A stretch of DNA of 64,000 nucleotides from Acholeplasma sp. GTDB taxonomy: Bacteria; Bacillota_I; Bacilli_A; Acholeplasmatales; UBA5453. A program made the position numbers and the translations under genes. The stretch is from positions 32,001-96,000 of the forward strand of contig JAVBWN010000016.1 in NCBI GenBank assembly GCA_036677365.1, in the 5' to 3' direction. The first letter of the stretch is position 1; each line of letters starts with the position of its first letter. Positions 12,094-22,472 of this stretch are shown one piece after another. Under the pieces are notes generated by a model. That model was given only the letters and a program-made list of their open reading frames with translations, made no database searches and was not told the DNA's origin.

Positions 12094-13965
12094 ATGCCAA
12101 TTAAGTTGAACAAGAGTCAGATTTTACATGACTTAGGCATGATGGTAGTCGATATCATATTGATTTTTTTATCGTATTTCGCATTTATTTTAATGTATGT
12201 TGTGGTTAAAGCAGATTATCAAGTAGACATGTTTATGCTCGCCATTGTTTTACCGACGGTGGCTGTGATGAAAATTATTGTTATGTATTCACTTGGCATT
12301 TATCGTATGCTTTCAAGACATGTTGGATTTGAAGATGTCATGCGCATATCGATTGCAGCCATCATCACCAACATCGTTATCGTTATATATATTGCACTCA
12401 CCAACCACTTGTTCATGTTCAAGTCGGCATATATTTTCATTACCCCAATCGAAATCATTCTTTTAACATTACCGCGCATACTTAATCGTATCCGCCTATT
12501 CATAAAAACAAACATATTTGTCAATCCAAATGAAGGTAGAAGAACCCTCATCATTGGTGCTGGTTCCGCTGGTGAACTGGTATTAAGAGAAATCTACCGT
12601 AATAAAGATTTAACCAACCACCCTGTCGCATTCCTCGATGACAATCCGAACAAGATTGGCAATCGATTGAATGGGATTTTAATCGTAGGTCCAGTAGAAC
12701 ACATCAGTAAATTCATTGAAGACTATAATGTCGAAGAAATCATTCTAGCCATCGCTGATTACCCAATTGAAAAACTCAATTGGTTGGTCAAAGAAGTATC
12801 TAAGTACAAACTCAAAATTAAGAAGTTACTATCCTATAGCGATGTCGATCGTGGCAATCCAAAAATTGTTAACGTTAAAGTTGAAGATTTACTCAACCGC
12901 CAAGAAATTCATTTAGACAATAAAGGCATATCTGCTTTTATTAAAGATGAAGTGGTTTTAGTCACCGGTGGCGGTGGGTCGATCGGCAGTGAGCTTTGTA
13001 GACAAATCGCTGAACTCAAACCGAAAACACTCGTTATTTTTGATATCTATGAAAATAACGCCTATGATATTCAACAAGAACTATTAAGAAAATTCTCCAA
13101 AGAACACCGCAGTGAAGAATTGCATCTAGTGGTAAGAATTGGATCTGTTTATAACAAACAAAGACTTGAAACCATCTTCCAAGAATTCAAACCGACCATC
13201 GTATTCCACGCAGCTGCATACAAACACGTGCCACTCATGGAAGACAGTGCGGTTGAAGCCGTGAGAACCAATGTCATTGGTACGTATAACACTGCTTCAT
13301 TATCGAATCAATATGGTGTAAAGAAGTTTGTTTTAGTTTCTTCGGATAAAGCTGTACGTTCGACCAACGTCATGGGTGCGACCAAACGTTTTGCAGAACT
13401 CATCATTCAAAACCAACAAACAGACAAAGGAACGAAGTTTTCTGCCGTTCGTTTTGGTAATGTCTTAGGCTCCAATGGGTCAGTCATCCCATTATTTAAG
13501 AAGCAAATCGAAGATGGTGGTCCTGTTACGGTTACTCACCCTGAAATCAACCGTTTCTTTATGACCATTCCAGAAGCGGTCAGCCTAATTTTACAATCCG
13601 CAGTGTACGCAGAAGGTGGCGAAGTATTTATCTTAGATATGGGTCAACCAGTGAAGATTAAAGACTTGGCAGAAAAGATGATTTCACTTGCAGGGTATGA
13701 ACCATATAAAGATATTCAAATTGAATTCACTGGGTTAAGACCAGGTGAAAAACTATTTGAAGAGCTTTTAGTCGATCACAATTATACCGACCATAAAGCA
13801 ACCGATAACGATAAGATTTACATTGAAAAACAAAAAGAAGTGTGTGACGAAGAATTGTCATTGGTAGATATTTTACTCACGTTTGAAGATAAGTCCAATG
13901 ACGAAATTAAACACCTGGTTTCAAGTGTCGTTAAGACGTATAAAGTCAACGGCGTGGAACATTAA
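12094..13965 (+). CDS. capD: Membrane-bound UDP-GlcNAc 4,6-dehydratase (CapD/PglF/WbpM family)
   Basis: Four N-terminal TMs, IIGAGSAG, VTGGGGSIGSEL, HAAAYKHVP, SSDKAV, MGATKR, RFGNVLGSNGSV. Confidence 0.9.
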   Translation: MPIKLNKSQILHDLGMMVVDIILIFLSYFAFILMYVVVKADYQVDMFMLAIVLPTVAVMKIIVMYSLGIYRMLSRHVGFEDVMRISIAAIITNIVIVIYIALTNHLFMFKSAYIFITPIEIILLTLPRILNRIRLFIKTNIFVNPNEGRRTLIIGAGSAGELVLREIYRNKDLTNHPVAFLDDNPNKIGNRLNGILIVGPVEHISKFIEDYNVEEIILAIADYPIEKLNWLVKEVSKYKLKIKKLLSYSDVDRGNPKIVNVKVEDLLNRQEIHLDNKGISAFIKDEVVLVTGGGGSIGSELCRQIAELKPKTLVIFDIYENNAYDIQQELLRKFSKEHRSEELHLVVRIGSVYNKQRLETIFQEFKPTIVFHAAAYKHVPLMEDSAVEAVRTNVIGTYNTASLSNQYGVKKFVLVSSDKAVRSTNVMGATKRFAELIIQNQQTDKGTKFSAVRFGNVLGSNGSVIPLFKKQIEDGGPVTVTHPEINRFFMTIPEAVSLILQSAVYAEGGEVFILDMGQPVKIKDLAEKMISLAGYEPYKDIQIEFTGLRPGEKLFEELLVDHNYTDHKATDNDKIYIEKQKEVCDEELSLVDILLTFEDKSNDEIKHLVSSVVKTYKVNGVEH

Positions 13966-13980
13966 AAAGGGGTTAATACT

Positions 13981-15762
13981 ATGTGTGGCATTGTAGGTTA
14001 CATCGGCAATAAAGAAGCCAAAGACGTCATTTTAGACGGATTAAAAAGACTCGAATATCGTGGATATGACTCAGCTGGTATGAGTCTTTTTAATACGCGA
14101 TATCAAGTCTATGACGTATATAAAGACCAAGGTAGAGTCGATAAACTCGCCCAGTCTGTTGAAAATAGTCCGAATTCCAACATTGGTATAGGACACACCC
14201 GTTGGGCAACCCACGGGAAAGTGAACAAGGTCAATGCGCACCCGCATTACTCACGTTCACGTCGTTTCATCATCGTTCATAATGGTGTTATTGAAAACTA
14301 TCATCAGCTCAAAGAACAATACCTTCAAGGGGTCAAGTTCGAAAGCGATACAGACACCGAAGTCATTGCACAACTCATTGAAACTTTCGCTGGAACACTC
14401 AATGTTGAAAATGCGATTTTAACCACATTGAGATTACTTAGAGGTTCATACGCCTTACTCATTTTGGACAATCAAAATCCAGAACAGTTTTTCGCTGCCA
14501 AATACAAGAGCCCGCTCTTAATTGGTCGAGGTAAAGAAGGGGTCACCGTCGCTTCTGACCTCATGGCACTCATTGGTTACAGTGAAGAATACTTACCATT
14601 AGAAGACAAAACCTTCGTGGTAGCGAGCCGTGATCACGTTCAATTATATGACATCAATCATAGCCCTTTACAACCTAAATTCTGTATCATCGATATGAGT
14701 AATGACGACGTTGAAAAAGGCGAATACGCCCACTTCATGTTAAAAGAAATTCACGAGCAACCTTCAGTTGTTCGTCGTATCGTTTCGAATTACTTCGATA
14801 ACGGAAAATCCCGTATTGATGAGAAAATACTCGATGACATTAAAGCTTCCGATCGCATCTATATCCTAGCTGCAGGGACCTCCATGCACGCGGGTTTAAT
14901 CGGCAAAGTTTTATTTGAAAAGCTCGATCAAATCCCTGTTGAAGTGCATATCGCAAGTGAGTTTGCTTACCAAAAACCATTGCTGTCTAAAAAGCCATTT
15001 TTCATCCTTGTCTCGCAGTCTGGTGAGACCGCAGACTTAAGAGCGTGTTTAGTTAATATCAAGGAAATGAACTTTCCGATTTTAACTGTCACCAACGTAC
15101 CAACCTCAACCCTTGCGAGAGAAGCGAAGTACTTTTTAGAACTATACGCTGGTCCTGAAATCGCAGTTGCGAGTACGAAAGCCTATGTCGCGCAAGTCGC
15201 TGTTTTATCATTAATTGCTTATGAATTATCCAATAAAGATTTTGATATTAGAGAAGAGCTAACAAAGGTCGCTTTGTCGATTGAAAACTTCTTATCTTGT
15301 CAAACGATGTTAGATGTTACACGCTACTTATTGACCCATAGAAACTGTTTCTTCATTGGTAGGGGACTCGATTACTATACCGGACTGGAAGCGGCTTTAA
15401 AACTCAAAGAAATCTCTTATATTCAAACCGAAGGCTTCGCTGCTGGTGAACTCAAACATGGTACCATCGCGCTCATAGAGGAAGGTACCCCAGTCATCGC
15501 GTTGATCTCGGATCCAAAGATTTCACACAACACCAGAAGTAATTTGAATGAAGTCATCGCACGTGGTGCGAGAACCATTCGAATTGTCACCAGTGAGGTC
15601 GCTGAAAATGGCGATGAAGTCATCGTGGATGCTGTTCACCCAATACTCACCCCAATGGTCATGGTCGTGCCTACCCAACTCTTGTCTTATTACGCTGCTT
15701 TAGAACGTAGTTTTGATATCGATAAGCCAAGAAATCTCGCAAAGAGCGTTACAGTTGAATAG
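13981..15762 (+). CDS. glmS: Glutamine-fructose-6-phosphate aminotransferase
   Basis: MCGIVG, LEYRGYDSAG, GHTRWATHG, SQSGETAD, PRNLAKSVTVE. Confidence 0.98.
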   Translation: MCGIVGYIGNKEAKDVILDGLKRLEYRGYDSAGMSLFNTRYQVYDVYKDQGRVDKLAQSVENSPNSNIGIGHTRWATHGKVNKVNAHPHYSRSRRFIIVHNGVIENYHQLKEQYLQGVKFESDTDTEVIAQLIETFAGTLNVENAILTTLRLLRGSYALLILDNQNPEQFFAAKYKSPLLIGRGKEGVTVASDLMALIGYSEEYLPLEDKTFVVASRDHVQLYDINHSPLQPKFCIIDMSNDDVEKGEYAHFMLKEIHEQPSVVRRIVSNYFDNGKSRIDEKILDDIKASDRIYILAAGTSMHAGLIGKVLFEKLDQIPVEVHIASEFAYQKPLLSKKPFFILVSQSGETADLRACLVNIKEMNFPILTVTNVPTSTLAREAKYFLELYAGPEIAVASTKAYVAQVAVLSLIAYELSNKDFDIREELTKVALSIENFLSCQTMLDVTRYLLTHRNCFFIGRGLDYYTGLEAALKLKEISYIQTEGFAAGELKHGTIALIEEGTPVIALISDPKISHNTRSNLNEVIARGARTIRIVTSEVAENGDEVIVDAVHPILTPMVMVVPTQLLSYYAALERSFDIDKPRNLAKSVTVE

Positions 15763-15771
15763 GAGAAATTT

Positions 15772-17079
15772 ATGGGAAAATATTTCGGTACGGATGGCAT
15801 CCGTGGGGTTGCTTTTGAAAAACTCACCGCTGAACTCGCTTTTAAAGTGGGCTTAGCCATTGGGAAAGTAATTCACCCAAAACAAATCGTCATTGGTACA
15901 GATACCAGACAATCGAATAACATGCTTGCTTACTCACTCGCCTCCGGCGCGATGAGTCAAGGCGTCGATGTGTTATTCGCTGGCGTCGTATCTACCCCAA
16001 TGATTGCGTATTATAGTGAAATCCATCAAATCATTGGTGTCATGATCACCGCTTCTCACAACCCTTATTATGATAATGGGATTAAAATCTTCGATCAAGG
16101 GTTTAAAACGGTCGATGAACTCGAATTAAAACTTGAAAACATCATCGACAACGGCCCATTTGACGTAGTAGAAAAATGGGGTAATTTAAACATCACGGAA
16201 GCTGTAGAAAAATTATATATTGAGTTTTATGACAAACTCGGATTGAAACCAAGTAACTTATCGATTGTATATGACAGTGCGCACGGTGCGAACTATCAAA
16301 TCGCTAAAAAACTCTTTGATCAATATCACAAAAATGCCTTTCAAATCAATAACCAACCCGACGGATTAAACATCAATGTGGGTTGTGGCTCTACGCACAT
16401 GGAAATGATTTCTGAGGTTGTTCAATCCAGAAAAGCAGACATTGGGTTTGCTTTTGATGGTGACGCTGACAGATGTTTGGTGGTGAATAAAAAAGGTGAA
16501 GTGGTCGATGGCGACCAAATGATCTACCTTTTTGCAACCCACCTAAAATCCAAAGGTGAACTGCCTAAAAATCATGTGGTACTCACCAAGATGAGTAACC
16601 CAGGGATGTTAAAGAAACTCAAAGACAATGGCATCTCTTATTCACTCACCGATGTAGGCGATAAATACGTCTTTAAAGAAATGAATGATCACGGTTACGG
16701 TCTTGGCGGTGAAGCTTCAGGACACATTATCTTGAATCATATTATGCACAGCGGCGATGGTTTATTATCCGCTTTATACCTCTTAAAAATCATTCAAGAA
16801 AGTGGTAAATCATTGGAAGAACTCTTAGGCGACATCGCTTTATACCCACTCAAGATGATCAATATTAAAAACGTGGATAAAGCCGTTCTAAAGCGAGATT
16901 CAGTCATCGCTTTATTGGAAGATGTCAAGAAAGTTTTAAAAGATGACTACTTATTATTGGTTAGACCGAGTGGCACAGAACCACTCATCCGTGTGACAAT
17001 GAGTTACCAGGATGAAGTGGTATTAGATAGAGAAATCAACCGTATCGTAGACTTAATTAAGAAAGAAGGTAGTGTGTGA
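15772..17079 (+). CDS. glmM: Phosphoglucosamine mutase
   Basis: KYFGTDGIRG, ITASHNP, FDGDADR, GGEASGH, RPSGTEP. Confidence 0.95.
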   Translation: MGKYFGTDGIRGVAFEKLTAELAFKVGLAIGKVIHPKQIVIGTDTRQSNNMLAYSLASGAMSQGVDVLFAGVVSTPMIAYYSEIHQIIGVMITASHNPYYDNGIKIFDQGFKTVDELELKLENIIDNGPFDVVEKWGNLNITEAVEKLYIEFYDKLGLKPSNLSIVYDSAHGANYQIAKKLFDQYHKNAFQINNQPDGLNINVGCGSTHMEMISEVVQSRKADIGFAFDGDADRCLVVNKKGEVVDGDQMIYLFATHLKSKGELPKNHVVLTKMSNPGMLKKLKDNGISYSLTDVGDKYVFKEMNDHGYGLGGEASGHIILNHIMHSGDGLLSALYLLKIIQESGKSLEELLGDIALYPLKMINIKNVDKAVLKRDSVIALLEDVKKVLKDDYLLLVRPSGTEPLIRVTMSYQDEVVLDREINRIVDLIKKEGSV

Positions 17080-18461
17080 TGAAAAAGTACGCTTTAATCT
17101 TAGCTGCGGGTAAAGGTACCCGTATGAGAACCGAGTTACCTAAATGTGCTTTCCCAATTTTAGGTAAACCGATGATTGAATACATTGTCGAAAATATCGA
17201 AAAAACAGACATCGATGAAATTGTCGCGATTGTGGGTCATAAAAAAGAAGTCATCATGGACTTACTGAAAGACCGTGCCAAATACGCAGTTCAAGAACAA
17301 CAACTCGGTACTGGACACGCAGCACTATCTGCAGCACCACTACTTGAAGGTAAAGAAGGTACGACCTTCATTCTCCCTGGGGATATGCCACTCATGGAAT
17401 ACCCACTCATGGATAAGCTTATGAGAGCCCATGAAGAAATGGGTAACGACCTGACTGTCGTTACCATGGTTGTGGATTACCCTAAAGGTTATGGTCGTAT
17501 CGTTAGAGATGAATACGGTACAGTCAAAGGGATTGTTGAAGAAAATGACTGCACTGAATCCGAAAAACAAATCAAAGAAGTCAACTCCTCTGTTTACATC
17601 GTGGATAACAAAGCGTTGTTTGAAACCTTAAAACAAATCAAAAAGAATGACCGTAAAGGTGAATACTATTTAACCGATATTGTTAGCTTGATGCATCAAC
17701 ATTATAAAGTGAATACATTCGTTGTTAGAAATTCCATGGTTACTATGGGAATCAATGACTTATACGCGATATCCATCGCTGAAAAGTATTTAAGAGATTC
17801 CATCAATAAAGGCCATATGTTGTCTGGTGTTTCCATGGTGAACCCTGAAACGATTACCATTGGCCATAACGTTGTTATTGAAGAAGGTGTATGGATTTAT
17901 CCAAACACATCCATCACGGGCAATTCAGTCATTAAAAAAGGTGCCATTATCGGACCGAATACAGAAGTTAAAGATTCCTTCATTGATGAAGGGGCTGAAA
18001 TTAGACACAGCTTAGTCATTGAAAGTAAAGTCGGTAAGAAAACAACAGTAGGACCATTCGCTCACTTAAGAGGTCACGCGAATATCGGGGATCACAACCG
18101 TATTGGTAACTTCGTTGAAGTGAAGAACTCAACCACAGGTGATGATACCAAAGCAGCACACTTAGCCTATATTGGTGACGCAGAAGTTGGCGAACGCGTA
18201 AACTTTGGTTGTGGATCTGTTACAGTCAACTATGATGGTGTCAAGAAACATAAAACTATCATCGGTAATGACGTCTTCATCGGATGTAACGTCAATATGG
18301 TCGCACCGATATCAATCAGTGACAATGTCTTTATCGCAGCTGGTTCTACAGTAACTAAAGACATTCCAAAAGGTTCATTGGCGATTGCGAGAAATCAGCA
18401 AATCAATAAAGAAGATTACTATAAATACTTAATTAAGCCTAAAGCAAGTGAAAAAGAATAG
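17079..18461 (+). CDS. glmU: Bifunctional UDP-GlcNAc pyrophosphorylase / GlcN-1-P acetyltransferase
   Basis: LAAGKGTRM, QLGTGHA, GEYYLTD, hexapeptide region, GNFVEVK, NYDG. Confidence 0.97.
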   Translation: MKKYALILAAGKGTRMRTELPKCAFPILGKPMIEYIVENIEKTDIDEIVAIVGHKKEVIMDLLKDRAKYAVQEQQLGTGHAALSAAPLLEGKEGTTFILPGDMPLMEYPLMDKLMRAHEEMGNDLTVVTMVVDYPKGYGRIVRDEYGTVKGIVEENDCTESEKQIKEVNSSVYIVDNKALFETLKQIKKNDRKGEYYLTDIVSLMHQHYKVNTFVVRNSMVTMGINDLYAISIAEKYLRDSINKGHMLSGVSMVNPETITIGHNVVIEEGVWIYPNTSITGNSVIKKGAIIGPNTEVKDSFIDEGAEIRHSLVIESKVGKKTTVGPFAHLRGHANIGDHNRIGNFVEVKNSTTGDDTKAAHLAYIGDAEVGERVNFGCGSVTVNYDGVKKHKTIIGNDVFIGCNVNMVAPISISDNVFIAAGSTVTKDIPKGSLAIARNQQINKEDYYKYLIKPKASEKE

Positions 18462-18472
18462 ATAAAAACACA

Positions 18473-18508
18473 TAAAAAGCGATATTTTTGAAAAATATTG
18501 CTTTTTTT
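18473..18508 (+). terminator. Intrinsic terminator ending capD-glm operon
   Basis: aaaaagcgatattttt / aaaaatattgcttttt stem. Confidence 0.8.
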
Positions 18509-18569
18509 ATCGAAAAAACGGACAAAAACACGCAAAAAAACGTTTTATCAAGTGATAGAGGGTGGTAAA

Positions 18570-19841
18570 ATGAATTTTAATGAAGAAAATCAAAATGATT
18601 CAGTAATGGGTAGATTTACTATTGAAGATTTTTTTAGTTTACTAGAAAAATCAAAATTCAATGAGAAGATATTATCAACACGAGAATATTTGCTAAATCA
18701 GATGTATGATAATGGAATAAAGAAGAGTATAAGAAATTTCTATATTGATCCTATTAGAGATAATGTTGTTTTTTATCGTGGAATGGATAATGAAGCTCAT
18801 CCCGTTAGTCCCAGTATCACACGACTTATAAATCCTTTAGATGCAAAGATAGAGAGTCATTATTTGGGAACATTATTGAGATATCCTTTTTTAAATGAAG
18901 ATTCAAATAGTGGCATATCTATAAAAATGATGGCTAGAATGCAACACTATAATTACAAATCACGATTAGTAGATATTACAGTGAACCCATTTGTTGCGAT
19001 ATATATGGCTTGTTATAACTCTTTCACAATAAACGGCAAATTGATTAAATTTGCTTATATTAATAACACTAAAAACGAAGGAAACGTTAATCAGTTGAAA
19101 TCATTGCATTTTACTACTAGCATAAATGACTCGGTTAAAGATAATTTGCGTCTACTTGATTCCATTATAAGTAGTACACCCTTTAAACAAAAAGTGAAAA
19201 ATTACACTAATCAACCAGTTGGTATTATTGACTTACAATTGTTTAAGACTAATTCTGCATCATATGATCTGAGATATGATGCTCAAGAAGGTGCTTTTAT
19301 CATGTTCATGAATGATTATCTTTCACCAGTTTCACCATTACAAACAAAATCCATGAGTAGACTTATTTATGAATATATAGATGCAAGTGACAAATACAGT
19401 TTACTGTATTTATTAGCAAAAAATCGGATTACTTACGTAACCATATACCCAGATAAAGAACTATCACATGAAATTATCAAAATATATAACAAAGCCACAA
19501 TAACGACAGGAATAAGTTCTCTAAATAATGATATCAGTCAATTAAAAAATGAGTTCATTGAATTGGCACACATTAATAAATACGATTTACTACACATTAA
19601 ATCACTTTGTAAAAAATATTATAATGACCAGTCATTAATAGAATTTTTACTGACAGATTACATCAAACTGATCAATATGAAAAAGAAACTCAAAAGTGAT
19701 CGTATAAATTTACTAAAAACAAAACCTTTAAACGTTCAGTCCATGAATAAAATCAATTATGAGATTAATATACACAATGATGGGGTAAACAAACTAGCGA
19801 GTATTTCAAATGATTTAAAATTTAAGGTGCAATTAATATGA
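18570..19841 (+). CDS. FRG-domain protein
   Basis: VFYRG, PSITR, MQHYNYKSRLVDITVNPFVAIYMA, RYDAQEGAF match FRG motifs. Confidence 0.75.
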   Translation: MNFNEENQNDSVMGRFTIEDFFSLLEKSKFNEKILSTREYLLNQMYDNGIKKSIRNFYIDPIRDNVVFYRGMDNEAHPVSPSITRLINPLDAKIESHYLGTLLRYPFLNEDSNSGISIKMMARMQHYNYKSRLVDITVNPFVAIYMACYNSFTINGKLIKFAYINNTKNEGNVNQLKSLHFTTSINDSVKDNLRLLDSIISSTPFKQKVKNYTNQPVGIIDLQLFKTNSASYDLRYDAQEGAFIMFMNDYLSPVSPLQTKSMSRLIYEYIDASDKYSLLYLLAKNRITYVTIYPDKELSHEIIKIYNKATITTGISSLNNDISQLKNEFIELAHINKYDLLHIKSLCKKYYNDQSLIEFLLTDYIKLINMKKKLKSDRINLLKTKPLNVQSMNKINYEINIHNDGVNKLASISNDLKFKVQLI

Positions 19842-19898
19842 TGATAATAAAAAATCCAAATGATTATACGAATAAATTTTATATAATGAGGTTTTAAG

Positions 19899-21632
19899 AT
19901 GGAAAACTCAGTTGTATTAGAAAATCAATCCTCTGCAATATTTAGTATCTATAAACTGGATATTGATGCACTTGTTAATGATGAGGACAACAACTTAATT
20001 TTTGAAGACAAAATAACCCCATTAGAAAAAGTAAATGCTTTTGTTGCCATTAGGTTGGCAAACCTAGACAGTAATTATATCTATAGTAATAATAATCATT
20101 TTCACACTTATTTATTCAATGCAGGGAATGTTGCTAAATGGAAAGAGTTTATTGAAGCATTTTTTTTGCATGAAAATGTTTCCGAAGATGTTTTTAAAAC
20201 AAAATTCCCATCGTATATTATTTTAAAAGAAATTGATAATAGTATTTATTTTATGACCGCGGGGTTAGCCAACTCTATTTTTAGCAATTATAAAGAAAAG
20301 ACATTTGGTTTGGATCTTGTACCTAAATTGATTGAAGAAGATGATTCAATCATCAAACATATAGCAGATCATAGAGTTTATGGGAATAGAAACAATGTAA
20401 ACTATGTAAATAGAATAGAATCTGCGTTTAATAACGAGATAAGTTATGAAGCAATATATAAAGAAATGGGTATAACTGCCAAAAAAGATATACAAAGAAA
20501 AATTGGTTTATATGTTAGCGAAGATAGCAATGATACCCCGATATCTTTTGGTGCAGGTGTTCATATTGGTAAGAGAATATCAGCCAACGAACTTAATAAT
20601 ATTATTAACACAATAAATATTTTGTACAGAGATGATACTAAAATCAACTTTGCACTAGGGTACATAGTTGATGCGAATCGTAAGGGCATGAAGCAAAGTG
20701 CGATTACTGAAAACTATTTTGAAGCAATCGATAATGGAACAGGTGAGATAGAATTAAGCTATAATTATGAATTAAGCTATAATATAAAAGACTATATACT
20801 CGTAAACTCTAAAAATGCAGAATTGGTTGATGTTATGCAAAAATCAGGTGTAAACACGTTAACAAGTATTGATGATATTATTAAAATAATTCGATATGAA
20901 CAATCTAGGGGTAAAAAATCTAGAAATTTCATGAAGAATTATGCTTTATCATTCAATTACCAAAAGATTAAGTTTTTTGATTTGCTTGAAGTATCTCACC
21001 AGTTTAATGAAACCCAAGTATATCTTATTGATGGAATATGGTATGTTTTTGATACTACATACTTAGAATATCTAAATAGGAAATATAACGCTCTAATAGA
21101 GGAATCAAAATCACATTATAATGGAAAACTATTAACCATTGATGTAAAATTCCTAGATAAAAAATTTATAAATGAAAATGAACTTAAAAAATCTATAGAA
21201 AATAGCACGATACTCATTGATTCAGATGAAAAATATTATAAAGGTATAGAAATTGCAGACGCAATATACTGTCAAGAAAACACCATCTACTTATTTCATA
21301 ATAAATCATCCTTTGATGCTAAAGGTTGTAGAGACTTACTTGGACAAATAGATACTTCAAGCAACATTTTATTACACATGATGAGTAATTACTTAGAAAA
21401 TTTTGATGACACCAATCGATATGTTAACGATTTGAAAAAAAACAACACAACAAAAACTATTCATGTTGATGAATTTGATTCGTTATTAAAAAGTAGTTTG
21501 ACAAAAATTGTTTATGTTGCATATTTCACGAGTATTATTCAGGAAAACAAAAAGTCAAACTATGTTAAATATCTAATAGAAACTACTCATTACAAATTGA
21601 AAGATAGAAAACATGGATTTATAGTAATTTAG
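19899..21632 (+). CDS. TIGR04141/DUF6119-like protein with putative C-terminal nuclease-like domain
   Basis: SIYKL, YFMTAG..FGLD, VYLIDGIWY, IEIADAI...LFHNK...CRDLLGQ pattern; 577 aa. Confidence 0.65.
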   Translation: MENSVVLENQSSAIFSIYKLDIDALVNDEDNNLIFEDKITPLEKVNAFVAIRLANLDSNYIYSNNNHFHTYLFNAGNVAKWKEFIEAFFLHENVSEDVFKTKFPSYIILKEIDNSIYFMTAGLANSIFSNYKEKTFGLDLVPKLIEEDDSIIKHIADHRVYGNRNNVNYVNRIESAFNNEISYEAIYKEMGITAKKDIQRKIGLYVSEDSNDTPISFGAGVHIGKRISANELNNIINTINILYRDDTKINFALGYIVDANRKGMKQSAITENYFEAIDNGTGEIELSYNYELSYNIKDYILVNSKNAELVDVMQKSGVNTLTSIDDIIKIIRYEQSRGKKSRNFMKNYALSFNYQKIKFFDLLEVSHQFNETQVYLIDGIWYVFDTTYLEYLNRKYNALIEESKSHYNGKLLTIDVKFLDKKFINENELKKSIENSTILIDSDEKYYKGIEIADAIYCQENTIYLFHNKSSFDAKGCRDLLGQIDTSSNILLHMMSNYLENFDDTNRYVNDLKKNNTTKTIHVDEFDSLLKSSLTKIVYVAYFTSIIQENKKSNYVKYLIETTHYKLKDRKHGFIVI

Positions 21633-21889
21633 AGCATGAATAATGAATTCATAACTGATATGTTGATAAGGTAGATACGATTAGTGAAACGCATTACGGT
21701 AATAGTCAATTCAATTAGATTCTAAAAAGAGATATGAATTCTTATAGTATTTATTGAACGTCGAATATTATCGATACAACTGGCCCAAATATATTAGGTA
21801 TTAAGAAAAAAGAAAATAAGTATACAGCTTAATATCATAACAGATTAAGGTCACATTTATTAAAAATACGATATAGTAAGGAGAAGAAA

Positions 21890-22297
21890 ATGTTAGATAA
21901 AAATACAGCAGAAAAATTATGGAAAGACGTTTTTGGTAATGTTGAATGGGCTACTGATTGTTTCGGTACAACAATGCATCGAGATGCTTGGAGCAACGAA
22001 CCGGTTATGCTATTAAAACCAGGAAACAATAGAAAGTATGATTATAGTTGGAACATAGATCATATTAGACCAAAATCTGATTTTCCAAAAGAGTCAGATG
22101 CAGACTTTTTCAATAATTTTGAACCTATGCATAGATTAAATAATGGTGCAAAAAGTGATAACTATCCTCACTTTGAGATTGATGGAAAAAAGTACAAAGT
22201 GTTCAAGCAAGAACAATATTATGGCTATGGAATTATCAGTGTTGCTGAAAACAAAAAAGTTGATTGGAAAAGCGTTCAAAATAGACATTATAAATAA
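21890..22297 (+). CDS. Stand-alone HNH endonuclease
   Basis: WNIDHIRPKS...NNFEPMHRLNNGAKSD; AAGGAG RBS. Confidence 0.85.
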   Translation: MLDKNTAEKLWKDVFGNVEWATDCFGTTMHRDAWSNEPVMLLKPGNNRKYDYSWNIDHIRPKSDFPKESDADFFNNFEPMHRLNNGAKSDNYPHFEIDGKKYKVFKQEQYYGYGIISVAENKKVDWKSVQNRHYK

Positions 22298-22337
22298 CAG
22301 ATAAAACAACAATGTGACTAATTTCTGTATAATTACT

Positions 22338-22370
22338 AAAGGTGTACTTTTTTTGAAGTACACTTTTATT
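22338..22370 (+). terminator. Intrinsic terminator
   Basis: gtgtactt / aagtacac stem plus T run. Confidence 0.65.
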
Positions 22371-22391
22371 ACATACTACACTTCTCACTAA

Positions 22392-22409
22392 TGGTAAAAA
22401 AATTTACCA
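22392..22409. promoter_or_regulatory. Inverted repeat, candidate XRE operator
   Basis: TGGTAAA-aaaa-TTTACCA; half-site ATGGTAAAA repeated near 22434. Confidence 0.5.
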
Positions 22410-22472
22410 ATAATCTTGTTATTGCTGAAATACATGGTAAAATATAAGTGTATTAAATAGGAGAGATGAAAA

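Noticed and set aside
20751..20783. In-frame 15-bp direct repeat GAATTAAGCTATAAT (ELSYN twice)
   Set aside because: Two copies only; local duplication, not an array
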